Positions 25,876 through 39,103 of a stretch of 64,000 nt of DNA are shown in pieces. Position numbers and translations under genes: made by a program. Source of the stretch: Octopus sinensis (Eukaryota); contig NC_042997.1 in the NCBI RefSeq assembly GCF_006345805.1, positions 51,460,001 through 51,524,000 of the forward strand. Direction: 5' to 3'. Each line of letters begins with the position of its first letter. Position 1 is the stretch's first letter. Under the pieces are notes generated by a model that was not told the DNA's origin, did no database searches, and saw nothing but the letters and a program-made list of their open reading frames with translations.

Positions 25876-27400
25876 CTAGTCTTGCCGGGTCTTCTCACGC
25901 ACAGCATACTTCCATAGGTCTCGGTCTCTAGTCATTTCCATGGTGAGACCTAACGTTCGAAGGTCATGCTTCACCACCTCGTCCCAGGTTTTCCTGGGTC
26001 TACCTCTTCCACGGGTTCCCTCAACTGCTAGGGATTGGCACTTTCTCACACACCTATCTTCATCCATTCTCGCCACATGACCATACCAGCGCAATCGTCT
26101 CTCTTGCACGCAACAACTGATGCTTCTTAGGTACAACATTTCTCTTAGGGAACTAACGCTCTGTCGAGTAAGTACACTGACATTACACATCCATCGGAGC
26201 ATACTGGCTTCATTCCTCATGAGCTTACGCATGTCCTCAGCAGTCACGGCCCATGTTTCACTGCCATGTAGCATGGCAGTTCGAACACATGCATCATACA
26301 GTCTGCCCTTTACTCTGAGCGAGAGGCCTTTAGTCACCAGCAGAGGTAAGAGCTCCCTAAACTTTGCCCAGGCTATTCTTATTCTAGCAGTTACACTCTC
26401 AGCACACCCACCCCCACTACTGACTTGATCACCTAGATAACGGAAGCTATCAACTACTTCTAGTTTTTCCCCCTGGAAAGTGACGGAAGTTGTTTTCTGC
26501 AGATTTTCGGAGGTCAATGCTCCCGAGCATCTGCCACATATAAAAACTATCTTCCCAGTTAGCCTACCTTTGACATTGCTGCACCTCTTATGTGTCCATA
26601 GCTTACACTGGGTACATCTTATAGAATTTCTACCTACACCTTTTCTACAGATCGAGCAGGGCCATCTTCCTGAGGACATTTGTGGATTGCCTACCTTTCT
26701 ACTTATTAGTACTTTGGTTTTAGCTAGGTTGACTCTAAGGCCCCTCGATTCTAAACCCTCCTTCCACCCCTGGAACTTCTCCTCCAGTTCTGATAGTGAC
26801 TCAGCAATTAGAGCGAGGTCATCAGCATAGAGGAGCTCCCAGGGGCAACCTGTCTTGAATTTCTCTGTTATTGCCTGGAGGACTATGATAAATAGGAGGG
26901 GGCTGAGTACTGAACCCTGGTGGACCCCAACCTCTACTTTGAATTCTTCTGTGTACATGTTGCCAACCCTAACCTTGCTTACGGCATCTCTGTACATGGC
27001 TTGCACAGCCCTCACCAGCCATTCATCTATCCCTAGTTTCCTCATTGACCATCAGATGAGGGATCGGGGGACCCTATCAAAGGTTTTCTCCATGTCAACG
27101 AAAGCCAGGTACAGGGGCTTATCTTTGGCTAGGTATTTCTCCTGCAGCTGCCTTACCAGGAATATAGCATCAGTGGTGCTTTTCCCTGGCACAAACCCAA
27201 ACTGCATCTCATCTAAACTAACTCTCTCTAATTAGTTGGGCTATGACCCTCTCCGTAACCTTCATTACCTGATCCAACAGCTTGATACTTCTGTAATTAT
27301 TTGTATCTAGGGCATCACCTTTACCTTTGTAGCAGTTGACTAGTACGCTGCTACACCAGTCATTGGGTATGACTCCTTCGTGTATCACCTGGTTGACTAT
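25876..27400 (-). pseudogene. RTE reverse transcriptase ORF, 5'-truncated, one premature stop
   Basis: 389-aa ORF with GVHQGSVLSPLLF, PWELLYADDLA, RLRWYGHVARM and GRGRPRKTW; upstream in frame QFGFVPGKSTTDAIF and AFVDMEKTFDRVP; TGG>TGA stop near 27052. Confidence 0.95.
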
Positions 27401-27579
27401 ATATATATATATATATATATATTGTGTTTGTTGGATAAGTTGACATATTTTAGTTTGGGATTATACAAGTTGTATAAAGAAAGTTTTTGCTTAAATCAAG
27501 AATATAGTTGTAGGGGATATAGAATAAATTAGATTGTGGACATCTCAAATAATCACTATTTTTTTTATTTCATAAAATG

Positions 27580-27975
27580 TTACTCTTTTACTTGTTTCAG
27601 TCGTATGACTGCGACCATGCTGGAGCACTGCCTTTAGTCAAGCAAATCGACCCCAGGACTTATTCTTTGTAAGCCTAGTACTTATTCTATCGGTCTCTTT
27701 TGACGAACCGCTAGGTTACAGGGATGTAAACACACCAGCATCAGTTGTCAAGCAATGTTGGGGGAACAAACACAGACACACAAACACACACACATATATA
27801 TACATATACGTATATACGATGGGCTTCTTTCAGTTTCCGTCTACCAAATCCACTCACAAGGCTTTGGTTGGCCTGAGGCTATAGTAGAAGACACTTGCCC
27901 AAGGTGCCACACAGTGGGACTGAACCCAAAACCATGTGGTTGGTAAGCAAGCTACTTACCACACAGCCACTCCTG
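27580..27975 (-). mobile_element. Full-length tRNA-derived SINE family A with internal (CA)/(TA) microsatellite
   Basis: tRNA-like head at 27975-27820, internal microsatellite, 3' body gctggagcactgcctttagtc...ggacttattctttgtaagcctagtacttattctatcggtc. Confidence 0.92.
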
Positions 27976-28076
27976 TTACCAATAAATTACTTTTAAACAG
28001 GTCCTTACTGCCTTAAAGATGAAGACACATTTAAAAAATCATAAATTTAAAGTCAGCATTTCCCTAATGAAAACAT

Positions 28077-28285
28077 CATCATCATCATCATCATTTAACA
28101 CCTATACACCAACCATACTGACATGGGTTGAATGGTTCAACAAGATGAAACAAGTTGGAGGGCTGCATTGTACTCTGATGTCTACCTTGGCATGGTGTCT
28201 GCACCTAGATGCCCTTCTTAATCTTAACCATTTTACAAGTCATACTATGTGCTTTTGTTGACACCAGCATTAGTGAGGTTGCCAT
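28077..28285 (-). mobile_element. Decayed RTE 3' end
   Basis: (CAT)n followed by gacatgggttgaatgg...ctagatgcccttcttaatc. Confidence 0.6.
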
Positions 28286-28288
28286 GAA

Positions 28289-28541
28289 AAGCTTTATCTG
28301 CGACGATTTCATCTCAATTGAAGGAGAGGGGCTTTCTCCGTCCGGGTTGTGGATCCGTGGAATAAGCTTCCGGACGAGATAGTGAAGATGCCGACGACTG
28401 CTCAGTTCAAAGTCTCTCTTGACCAGAAATGGCCTGAACTCTTTGCATGAACACCCTCCCTGTACATAACTCCATGTCCCCCTACATGGCCTTGCTTTTT
28501 GTTTTTTGAGCCAAAAAATTAACTTAACTTAACTTAACTTA
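28289..28541 (+). mobile_element. Young CR1 LINE 3' fragment with (TTAAC)n tail
   Basis: KLYLRRFHLN*RRGAFSVRVVDPWNKLPDEIVKMPTTAQFKVSLDQKWPELFA* matches the CR1 C-terminus FSxRVVxxWNxLP; ttaacttaacttaacttaac tail; CpGs intact. Confidence 0.9.
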
Positions 28542-29056
28542 AGACTAAGGATACCCCACAGCTCAGTAGAAGTATTGTAGAGAGGGACATAGCTTTATGC
28601 TAAGTGTTGAAATTTATACCCCGACTGTCCCTCCAACTCATATTTATCATCAGTCACCCCTCTACCTTTGTTTACCATTAATCACACTGACCATCCTACC
28701 CCAGCCTCATTTCTGACCCCAACTTATTCTCATACATTCTTGCAATCTCTACTCACACACTCTTCCTGTTCCTCTGTCCTCACTCTCTCTTCATTTCACC
28801 TCTTGTACTTTAACGCTCACCTTGACACCTCACCACTTTATCTCTCTTTCCAGATCTCCACCAATTACTCTCACCCATTCTTATTTAATACAAGATAACC
28901 ATGTATTTTCTCTACAGCAACAAACCTGTTACTACTCTTCTTTCGTATTTTAACCTCCCAACACCTAGCATAAAACCATTTCCCTCTTTGAGAAATGCAT
29001 ATTGAATATAACAACATGAACAACTTTTGTATCAGAGATTGGCTGTACCACATGAT

Positions 29057-29195
29057 GCAAGCATAGCTGTGTGGTTAAGTTCACTTTGCAACTATGTCAT
29101 TTCAGGTTTGATTCTACTGTACAACATTATGAGTAACAGCCTTACCCTTGGATCGACTCAAGCCTTATGAGTGAAATCTGGAAGATGGCAACTGT
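29057..29195 (+). mobile_element. Decayed SINE family A head
   Basis: gcaagcatagctgtgtggttaag...agccttatgagtgaaatctggaagatggcaactg. Confidence 0.6.
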
Positions 29196-29419
29196 GTGGA
29201 AGGCCTATTCCCATTTTAGGGTGGTAGACTTAATGTGTCACCTGGTTTAGTGTCACTACCTGTGCCCTTGAATACCTTTATCAGAAGACACTCATTTGTA
29301 AGAATTTGGGTCATAAACCTGCCTCCCCCCTCTCTCTCTCTCTCACTCACTTACTCACGCTTCTGATAAATATTTAAAAAAACAGCAATAATAGAATTTA
29401 AGAAAAAACACTGTAAAGT

Positions 29420-29545
29420 AGTTGGCATTAGGAAAGGCACTCAGTTGTAGAAATCATGCTGAGGCTGACATTGGGACTTGTCACAGCCCTTCAAACCACT
29501 CAGTCCATGCAAACGTGGAAAGCAAACACTAAATTTCATGATGGT
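29420..29545 (+). mobile_element. Decayed RTE 3' end
   Basis: gttggcattaggaaaggcactcagttgtagaa...ccatgcaaacgtggaaagc. Confidence 0.65.
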
Positions 29546-30133
29546 AATGCTTCTACTGCTGCTACTGCTGCTGCTGCTGGTGGTGGTGGTGGTGGTGTCA
29601 AAAGTTTGAGGAAAACATTTGCTCTTTGGTGTCTTTTAAAAATATTCTTGTTTTTTTTTTCTATTATATTCTTTCTTTTTGTTCTTTGCATACGGATGTT
29701 GACACCCAGGGGTACTTAGATAAATAAGGTTATACTTTAAATAGTTATCATAACTCTAACTGTTTTAGTTTCAACACACAATCTCAGACTTGCTAAACAA
29801 GTATGACTACTTTTGTTAAACATTTTTGATGGTTTTTTTATTTTTACACTGAATTTATTCTTGTGAACTATATTTGTAGGATGAGATTTTTCAGAACTTT
29901 AGTGATGTATTCAAGAAGAAATGCTGTTGACCATAAATATGTAAAAGAAATAGTCATAAGATACATAGAGTAATTTCTATACAGTTTGTAATTTGTAAAG
30001 TCTGCTTGAATGGAATGATTGGGTGACAAAGAAATTGGTTTCATTGCTGGACTGCTTTTTTGAAAAAACATAAAAGAAATTTGTACAGGAATATTCAGAA
30101 ATTTTTTTATATATGAATAGATGAATGGAGACA

Positions 30134-30151
30134 CATGCACACATGCATGCA

Positions 30152-30197
<46 letters not shown>
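30134..30197. repeat. (CA)n microsatellite
   Basis: Directly visible. Confidence 0.95.
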
Positions 30198-30201
<4 letters not shown>

Positions 30202-30689
30202 CCTCCTAATGCCCAATTGGTTGCCCAGCTAATTGATAATGACTCACCAATTCTCTACAATCATTGGCCAACAAGTTTTGCCTCTATAACTACTTTCCTT
30301 ATTGTGTCTCACTATACCAATTCTTCATTAAACTTTTTGATATCAACCTGCCTGTGGCTGATCTGGTTCTACAATACATCTTTTTTTCTTTTAAACTGAT
30401 TTAAATAAAAATTTTGTTCAAAATTTCATGATAATTTATGTTCCAAACACTAGGTTAATGACAATTATTTTATTAAATCATTCCTTATTTTCAAAAGTAT
30501 TTGAAACAAAGCAGAGTATTTCAATAGAAATGTAGTTACAAAAACAGTTTAAACATTTTGCTCAGTTCCCTTAGAATTCCTTCTGCAGAACTGTATCGTG
30601 TGGGAACTCCATGGAATACTTATAGAAAGTCTAATTGAACACTATCAGCATTCATCCAGGTTAGTCTGGAACAGCCTGCACAATTCATG

Positions 30690-31040
30690 GGAAGTCATGG
30701 AACTAAGTGTTGAAGGTCAATCTCAAAACACTGAACCTTATGAAGGAGATGACAGAGGATCAAGATATGTGGTGCATTACTGACTTTAGAAGACCTGCCC
30801 ACCACAACAGAATTAAGATCCAAAAACCAAAGTGTCATTGATGTGAATGCTGGTACCACAAAAAAAGCACCTAGTACACTCTGTGGAGTGGTTGGCATTA
30901 GGAAGGGTATCCAGCCATAGAAATTAAGCCAAAACAGACTATGTAATCTGGTGCAGCCCCTGACCTTGCCAGTTCCTGTCAGGCCATCCAATCCATGCCA
31001 GCATGGAAAACGGATGAATGATAATGGTGATGATGATAAT
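30690..31040 (+). mobile_element. RTE 3' fragment
   Basis: ggagtggttggcattaggaagggtatccagcc...ccatgccagcatggaaaacgga followed by a (GAT)-like tail. Confidence 0.8.
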
Positions 31041-31049
31041 ACCATAGGC

Positions 31050-31245
31050 ACAAGGCCATGAATTATAAGGGAGTGGAATAAGTCAATTATATTAACACTA
31101 ATGGATGATTAGTAATTAATTTCTAGAAGAATAAAAATAAAGTTCATCTTGGTGAGTTCTGAACTCAGAATGTAAAAAAACTTCACTGAATACAAGTCAT
31201 TTTGTCTGATGCTTTACTGATTCTTCTAATCCACCACTTTCAGTA
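31050..31245 (-). mobile_element. Decayed SINE family B
   Basis: gagttctgaactcagaatgtaaa is the reverse of tttacattctgagttcagaactc. Confidence 0.55.
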
Positions 31246-31989
31246 CAAATCATTATAATTATAAATCCTGCTACAATATAATAAGGAAATTTTCTGAACA
31301 ATCTTATTATTGTCTTTAAAAGAAAGCAAGTGGTGACCCACATGTTTAAAGAATGAAAATTAGTTGTCCATGTTTATGTATAATGAAGGTTCTGAGTTCC
31401 TTTACAATATACACTATCACCACCATTACAACCATCAGCAAATGACATCTTATGTACAGTAATATATTCAAACTTTTAGGACAGTGTATTCTTTTAATGG
31501 GAGATGTATGTTTATTGACAAAGATTCTCATAACTTTTATTGGATATTCTATTCTTTTCTTGTGTGTCTGTACTTTTTTATATTCTTTTTTTATAGTGCT
31601 ATCTACTCCTTCCACCAAGCACACCTTACTCTTCTGAACCATATCCCCATCCCATTTCATTCAAGTTCTCTACTCAGACACTGTGTTGGTACTTTGATGG
31701 TACACCATTTTTTTTTTATTGACGGAAATATAATAAGCTTAATGTGTTACCTAGTTTAACACCATCAACTAATTCTTGTATACTAGTCATAGATATAATT
31801 ATGGCCCATGGGATTTTCTGAATAGCTCACTTAACAGAGAATTACCTTCAAGGTTTTTAGTGGTATCACTCATCTAATGCTGAACCATGTTTCATGCAAG
31901 CTGCTTCTCGAAAAAGTTTGCCCATGCCTGATGTATATCTTTGAAAGAATTCATTCTGTTGTAAGCATTCTGATTAAATTTCCATTTCC

Positions 31990-32150
31990 CTCCTCACTCA
32001 CATTTTTACTGCTGACATTGATCTGCGGATGTCCTGCTTGGACATCAATTACATAAATTTCATAAATCTGGGAAGACCTGCAAAGGTTATGACCACTCCT
32101 ACTCTGACTAACAGGGTATACACTATGTCAGACCATGAATGGTTTGAAGT
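31990..32150 (-). mobile_element. Possible mariner HTH remnant
   Basis: Weak similarity to the ...RFxxG...DxxRSGRP region (DVQAGHP); heavily decayed. Confidence 0.25.
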
Positions 32151-32242
32151 GATAAAAAAAAATCATCTGTCTATAGAAAGGCTAGTGTAGGGAGATGAAA
32201 CCAAATACTTGGATAGACTGAAGTTGATATTATGTAGATTGA

Positions 32243-32296
<54 letters not shown>

Positions 32297-34882
32297 AGCT
32301 ATGTCATCACATGTTGTAATGAAGCTATTTGGCAAGAGATATCTAGAAAGGAGAATTGAGTAGAGTCCATAAATGGACAACTTTATCAGAAATGTCTCTT
32401 GTCAGGTTGAGTTGAAGATTTTGCTGACGTCATGTACAATAACACTGCTGTCATCAAAGTTCTCAAGAATAACATACCACTGGTGAGGGATTTACAAAAG
32501 CAAGTCTCTAGAAGCTACACTTGCACTCTAGACCTAAGTGAGCAGTATTAAAAAGTCTTACAACTGATGATGATGGCAACAAGTGTTGCTACAAGTAAGT
32601 CATTGAAGAACTTTTGTCAATGTCATTTGACCAAGCACACACACACAAAACAATGGGCCTCTATTTCATGACTAGAGCAGCAAATCAGTTTAGCAAAATT
32701 TTTCACAGCAATACTTCATGTGTCAGTGTACTGCTGAATAGAGAGGAAGAACAAAGGCAAAAAATTGCAAAGTTCAGGAAAAAAAATGAGAACAATTTTT
32801 CAGAAGGTATACTAACTCTCTACAAGCTATATCAATAAGCACTGCAAAGAATACATCTTACCTGTGCAATGTTTAAAATTGTATTTGTTTGAGATGTTTA
32901 TTGATTGTTGAAATCATCTTTTGTCACATGGTTTTTGAATAATAAGTATAATAGTAGACTTGTCAGTCCTTGTACTTGAACACAGCTGTTATTTAACTGT
33001 GGGAAGATGAGATTATGATGTTATCAATATAGGCTACATTGTACAATAGAGTTGATAAATGATATATTGAACTCTGTATGCAAAACAATTTTCAATAATT
33101 AAAATTTTTCTTTAGTTGCAGAAGGGAAACTAAAACTAGCAATAGTTGTTGGTGACTCTCAAAGAAAAGGATAGGTAATCTCAAGAAATTAATAATGAAT
33201 ATCTTAAAGTTTATATACTTAGCATGAAGTCTGACATTTGCTGTGAAAGGACAACTATAAACATACTTCAGTTTAACAGACCTCATCACCGTAGCATATA
33301 ATCTATTCAAACCTCCTTTTTGTTTTTATTTTAGTCAGAAGGAGGACACTGCCCAGGGCTTCCTAGACTAGTAGGAAGGAGGTAGGAAGGTATCCCCAAA
33401 CTGGACACCTAACCTGAATACTACAACAAACTGGACTCTGCTAAAAGGACCTAAAAAAGTTTTGATTGTGGTTGGTTAAACTGGAGAGGAAATTGAGTTG
33501 ACATTTAATTGACAAAGATTTTTCAAATCGAATTACAAATGTTTGCTTCATATAATTTGAATAATCAAAAAAGTAAAACAAAATGAACTAAGGGAAATAA
33601 CTCAAGTGAACCAATGCATGAATTTGGATTAGTAATTTAAGAAGTAATGTACTGAATGTACAATTTGAATTATTTCGAGTAGTTCAAGTTTGGTTTTTGA
33701 GATGTTATCCATGTGTATTAGAAGAAAATTTAATATATCTAATAAGAGTTATTTTCAGAAAGTTAAATGGGTATCAATTCTGAAAATGTGTCTCAAAGAT
33801 GTTCAGTTTGAGCATGAGTAGGAATTAGGGTGAGATCTTGGAGGGTCGAATAAGACACAATATGGAATGTTATTAAAAAAACCAACAACATTTTATATAA
33901 TTCAAAATTCTAATAGGAAATGAAATACATTTATTTTTACTTAAATTAATATAATCTTTCAACTACTTTGATCTTAAAAAAAAAAGAAGACATTTCACCA
34001 TTTTAAGTTTTACATAAGTACAGTTTACTATGATCTGAAAAAAAAACACATTGGGTTATGTAATTACAAGAATTAAAATGTTAAATATTTTTAGAACTTG
34101 TTTGATATCCATTTATAAAGTCATTTACTGTTAATTTTTACATATAGAAACCCTCCAGACAAAGTACAAGAATACTGTCCTCTCTAGATTTCATTTTCTC
34201 ATAATTCATCATAAAATTAAATAACTTCAGCTTCAACATATCTATATATTAAAAGAAAGTGAATTAATGCTTTTCATTCATGAAAAATAGTTTCAGTAAA
34301 ATTCCAAGTACTGAAAAATAAATGCACTTAATTATATGTTATTAATCAACTGAACAAAAACATTAGAAAATAAGTTTATAAAAGAATGGTGATTCCTTTC
34401 CTTTTCAGTAAAAAGAAGATAATACAAAGGGAAAAGAAAATGCTATCTATTACTGTTCATAACAAAGTAGGAAAATATGTGATGAAGGAAAGGAAAAAAA
34501 GGAGACTACAAAGAATAATTCCCAGTATTTTTCAGTTATGGCCAAATAGAAGAATGGAAATTAATATCAATGTTTCCTGGGATACCCTTTCTGTTATTGA
34601 TTTCTTACATAGCATAAGGCCAATGTATATGAATTGATTCCAATATATTACTGGTTAACTGAAAAGAGATGAGTTCCTCCAAAGTGATTTGCTCTCAATA
34701 CACTGCATGGAAATGAATTCTTTACTTCTGACTTACTGACCCATTTAAGTTGCCAGAGACATTTTCATAACTGATAATTCTTTTATCAACACTACAAAGA
34801 TAATAAATAAATAAATTCCAACCACACTTCGGCTGAAACCAAAAGGGATAAATCTAATCATAATCTCTAGTATCTATATTGG

Positions 34883-35110
34883 TGAAGGGCCATAGTCCAG
34901 TAGATATGGTATCAGACTTATGATTGTTAGGTTGAGAGTTCAATTCTCAGACCAGTTAGCATGTTTCATTCTTGATTAAAGTACTTCCTTCAATGTAGCT
35001 TCAGTAAACTCTGATAAAAATAACAACCTGTGGCCTCAGGGAAACTGACCATGGGAGAGACTGCTCACCCATTCAAGCAGGGACTGTTCTACTCTAAGCA
35101 TGAATGTCTT
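34883..35110 (+). mobile_element. Old tRNA-derived SINE (different family)
   Basis: gggccatagtccagtag (A-box-like) ... gagagttcaattctc (B-box-like), followed by a CORE/V-like body. Confidence 0.4.
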
Positions 35111-35219
35111 GAAAATCTGGATAAGTTTTCACCTTGTGTGTACATAGGCTTGAGGCAGACTCTTTGTTGTTTCGGTCATCTCCATTAACATCTACCCTTG
35201 ATATATTTTAATGATTTCT

Positions 35220-35672
35220 ACAAACCACGAAGCTCATTTTTATAAAAGATAAGTGAGGTGAGATGTATGAAGCCTAGACTATTATTGGTAATTAGCTTAT
35301 AACTCTTAGTTGGTTGAAAGGCAAAGGTGCCAGTTGCTGAATTAAAATTCAGAACACAGAAGGATAAAAAAAAATTTTGCAAGCCTGTTTTTACTATTGC
35401 CGTCAGTTCAATACAGCCATGCATTGTGAATAATAATGATTTCTAATAGTGTCACAAGGCTTAGAGGAAAGAAGAATAATCAAATAATTGAATTGATTCT
35501 AGTATATGCCCAGTATTGAACTGACTCGTGAGAGATGAGAAGCAAATCAACTACAGCTGGACTTCAACTCAAAACACAAGGGAATAAATACAATACTCAA
35601 AGGAATTTATCTAGTCTAGAATTCAACTGTCTCTCCCATTCCACTGACTTCCATTCTCGATATTAATATTTC
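35220..35672 (+). repeat. ~450-bp unique-sequence direct repeat, copy 1 (upstream of the Gypsy 5' LTR)
   Basis: gaagctcattttta...gatattaatatttct is colinear with 41209-41658; roughly 90% identical by eye. Confidence 0.95.
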
Positions 35673-35948
35673 TGTGGTGTTATGAGCCAGGCCGTGTCAG
35701 AGGGAAGGACTGGAAGTGAGGGAGTACACAGGTTCCATTGGAAGTGGGGCCTGCAGGTCCTACTGGAAGGGCTGCAGTGGGCATGTGGGCTCAGCGTGGC
35801 ACAAGCAGACAGTTTGCAGTTGACAGCATACAAGAATAGACCTATTGGATGATACAGTGGCAGACAGACCATGTGGACATTGTGAGTGACCCCTGACAGG
35901 CAAGACCTCTGTAATTCTCCTTCTGCTTCTGTCTTTTCCTTCTTCACA
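35673..35948 (+). repeat. Gypsy 5' LTR
   Basis: tgtggtgttatgagccagg ... gtcttttccttcttcaca aligns with the 3' LTR pieces. Confidence 0.9.
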
Positions 35949-35982
35949 TTACAAGCTATTTCAGCTCATAAAAAAGAAAAAG

Positions 35983-36720
35983 ATGGGTATAGTCCATATT
36001 TTGAACAAGATGGTTAGGCCATTTTGTGGCAAGGGAGACACTGCTTGCTTGATAAAAATTAAGTTGGTGGCAAAACTCCAAGGTATAGATGAACTAGTGA
36101 GTTTTATACCATTGTACCTTGATGGTTCAGCATTGGCGCTATACCTGGAAATGGGGGAGAAGGACCAGTTAAGCAAAGAAAAAATAGAAGTCCGGCTGAT
36201 AGAGGCTTTTACGGAAGGGCCATTTATGGCATGTGGTCGACTGGAGAAAGCAAAGTGAACGGATGAAGAGGTTGATGTGTTAGCCAACAAAATCAGGAGA
36301 TTAGCTAAACTTGCAGGATATGCAGACAAGGCACTGGAGCAAGCAGTCAGATTAGCATTTGTGACTGGATTCCCTGACCACGTGTCTGTTGACCTGCAAA
36401 AGCAGCCAAATATTATTCACTCTATGGTGATGGGAGAAGTAATATCTTGGGCCAGAGTCTTCACTTCATGTTGCAGGATAACACCATTAGCAGCAACTGC
36501 AACAACAAGAAGGCATTAAATAAAGAGTGGCAGAGAGGGATTGAACAAGGAACATGTGCGACCTTTCAAAGGACAGTGTTTTCAGTGTCAGGGTTCACAC
36601 ATGGTGAGAGACTGCAAGGAACCCAAGCCTGAAGTAATTTGCTATCGATGCAGACAAACAGGCAACATCACTATTGAATGTGTTCAGGGAAATGGTTTAA
36701 GGGAGTTTAAGGGAGACTAT
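35983..36720 (+). pseudogene. Gypsy gag with two zinc knuckles
   Basis: IPLYLDGSALALYLEM; AFVTGFPDHV; CFQCQGSHMVRDC and CYRCRQTGNITIEC; interrupted by stops. Confidence 0.9.
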
Positions 36721-36739
36721 TGTGCTGGCAGTCACCCCG

Positions 36740-38690
36740 TCAGATGAAGAGAGGTGCATATACTGTCGTTACCAGTAGTGGACATCGTGGTGGAGGGAAA
36801 GGTGTTGACAGCACGGATGTTGAATGTAGAGGACGTAGTGATATGGAGATTGTGGTATGGGGAACGAAATTGAGGCTGCGTACGATAGTGATCGACCACA
36901 TGGTGGACGAAATTGATGTGGTGATGGGGATAGATGCAATTGTCTGTTTGGGAAGTGTCACGGTCAATGAAGCCGGTGTGTAACATTCAGTGATGCAGGA
37001 GCGCTATGCACTGTGAATCTGCAACAGGAGAGTGGTGAGAACTGCAAAGAAAAATATTACAGACATGGATTTTCAGGCTGTGTTTGACAGCAGGCAGTGG
37101 ACAGTGGAATGGTACTGGAAGGGAGATCCTCTGACGTTGAAAAATGCAGGAGGCTGCTATCAGCGTACCCTGAAAGGGCATGCCAGAAGTGAGTGTGAGG
37201 GGGATGTGGAATGGTGAATCAAGGAAGACAATCTGATCCTTAGGAAGGAGTAAGTAGAGAGTGGAGTGCTACCACTGATGGCAGTGGTGCAGCCAATGAA
37301 GCATAAAGTCAGGCCAGTATTAGATTTCCAGGAACTGAACGACCACATATCATGCCATACGGGCAACAAAGCAATGGATGTTTGCAGCAAAACCATGGGA
37401 GAATGGAGACAAATGACCGGGGCCTCCACAATTGTCGATTTGAAGTCAGCATACCTGAAGCTACATGTGGCTGAGAGACTGTGGAAGTATCAGCTAGTAA
37501 GGTACAAGGGCCGGACATACTGTCTGACCAGACTGGGATTCTGGCTGAATTCAGGATTGAAGATTATGGCAATGCTTCTCAAAACCATCCCGGGAAAGCA
37601 GACAAAGTGAAAAGAGCAACCAATTCCTATATCAACAACAGAGTAAAGAAAGCTTGGTTGCGGGTGCCAAAGGATCCGGAACAAGACGAGGCTGCAGTGT
37701 GTTGACTGAGTGACTTGGAGCTGAGGAGGCTGCATACTATGCATCACATGGAGATGGACAAGACCCTGTTCCTAGCCAGGAAAATTGACTCTGATGTGAC
37801 CAGACAGAGAGTGCAGAAAGTAGTTGGGGAGCTGCGACAGGTGCCAGTTAATTGACATGCGCTCCGGGTGTGCATGAATCAGGAAGCATTCCAGTGGAAC
37901 ACAACTGGAGATGACTGGCAGTGGATGTGATGCGCTGCCAGCAGGAGACATATCTTTCGATGGTTGACTGCGGACCAAGGTGGTTGGCAATATGGAGGGA
38001 GATGAAGATGGGAACCATGAAGGAAATCACAAAAATACTAAATGAGATATTCCTAGAATGAGGCCCTGTGGATAAGCTGCTTGTGGACAATGGCACTGCA
38101 TTTCACTCAGAGGTGCTGAGGGAAATGCTCAACAAGTGGCATGTTAGCCACTTCTTCAGGGCAGCATACCAGCCAAGTGGCAACGGGGTTGTGGAGATGC
38201 ATCATCGCACCATAAGACCATGGCAGAGAGGGGCCACATCCCACCGATCAAGGCCATTTTTTGGTATAATCTGTCACCCAGGTCAGGAAAGACTGAGGAG
38301 TCAGTGCCATGAAGGGCAATATTCAAGTATGAGTGGAAAGATCCATGTACTGCATCGCTGCAACCCGCAGAAGAGAAAGTGCATGCCTTTATGCAGGCTG
38401 GGAAGGAGTTTGGGTTAAACCCCCAAATGCACAGTGCACATCACAATGGGGAAAGAGGACAATAACCTCTGTAAATTTGAGGAATAATGTGTCCATAGAT
38501 GGAATGCCCTATCATGTTTTGGATGTGCACAGGATCATCAATGCATTGGAGGATGGAGCCAGCAGTAATGGACAAGAGGATGAAGCTGGCAGCCACATGC
38601 CAGGGACTGAGGCTAGTCTTGAAGTCCCACAGTGATCGCAGAGGGAGCGGTGCCCTCCTCGCTTATTGGCTGATTATGAGACAAGTTAAG
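36740..38690 (+). pseudogene. Gypsy pol (protease, RT, integrase) with most of the RT C-terminus and RNase H deleted
   Basis: DVVMGIDAI (protease C-terminus); KVRPVLDFQELN, VDLKSAY and YCLTRLGF (RT); decayed SYINN (YIDD) joined directly to RVKKAWL; HH..C..C region, LLVDNGTAF and YQPSGNGVVEMHHRTI (integrase). Confidence 0.92.
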
Positions 38691-38749
38691 GTGTGTGGTC
38701 AGGGTTGAGGAGTGGGAGTGGGCAGGTTGGTTGAATTGATCTTCAGATT

Positions 38750-38764
38750 AATGGGGGGGGGAGA
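38750..38764 (+). promoter_or_regulatory. Polypurine tract
   Basis: aatgggggggggaga immediately before the 3' LTR TG at 38767. Confidence 0.8.
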
Positions 38765-39103
38765 CATGTGACATTATGAGCTAGGTTGTGTTGGAGGGAA
38801 GGACCGGAAGTGAAGGAGTATGCAGGTCCTGTCAGAAGTGGGGCCTATGCAGGTCCTGTCGGAAGCAGGTCCACTGGAAGGACTGCGGTGGGCATGCAGG
38901 CTTAGTGAGGTATGAGCAAGCAGTTTGCAGTTGATAGCTTATGAGAGCAGACCTGTTGGACAGTACGGCAGCAGACAGACCACATGGACATTGTGACTGA
39001 CCCCTTCCAGATAGACAGGTAAAACAGTTCTATATTTGAGAAATGAGGAATTATGTACATTATTTACATTTGACAGATATTTGTCCTCATCTTGTTTGTT
39101 CTT

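Larger units (their letters stand above)
25195..27400 (-). mobile_element. Young 5'-truncated RTE LINE inserted in a (TA)n tract
   Basis: RT ORF, 3' UTR array and (GAT)n tail; (TA)n on both flanks (25147-25194 and 27398-27422); many CpGs retained. Confidence 0.97.

Noticed and set aside
15239-31930. A single ~16.7-kb hAT element bounded by CAG(T/G)CATGGGCAAA termini at 15239 and 31930
   Set aside because: The 8-bp flanks (tgataaag and atgtatat) do not match, so these are more likely ends of two unrelated decayed hAT copies.
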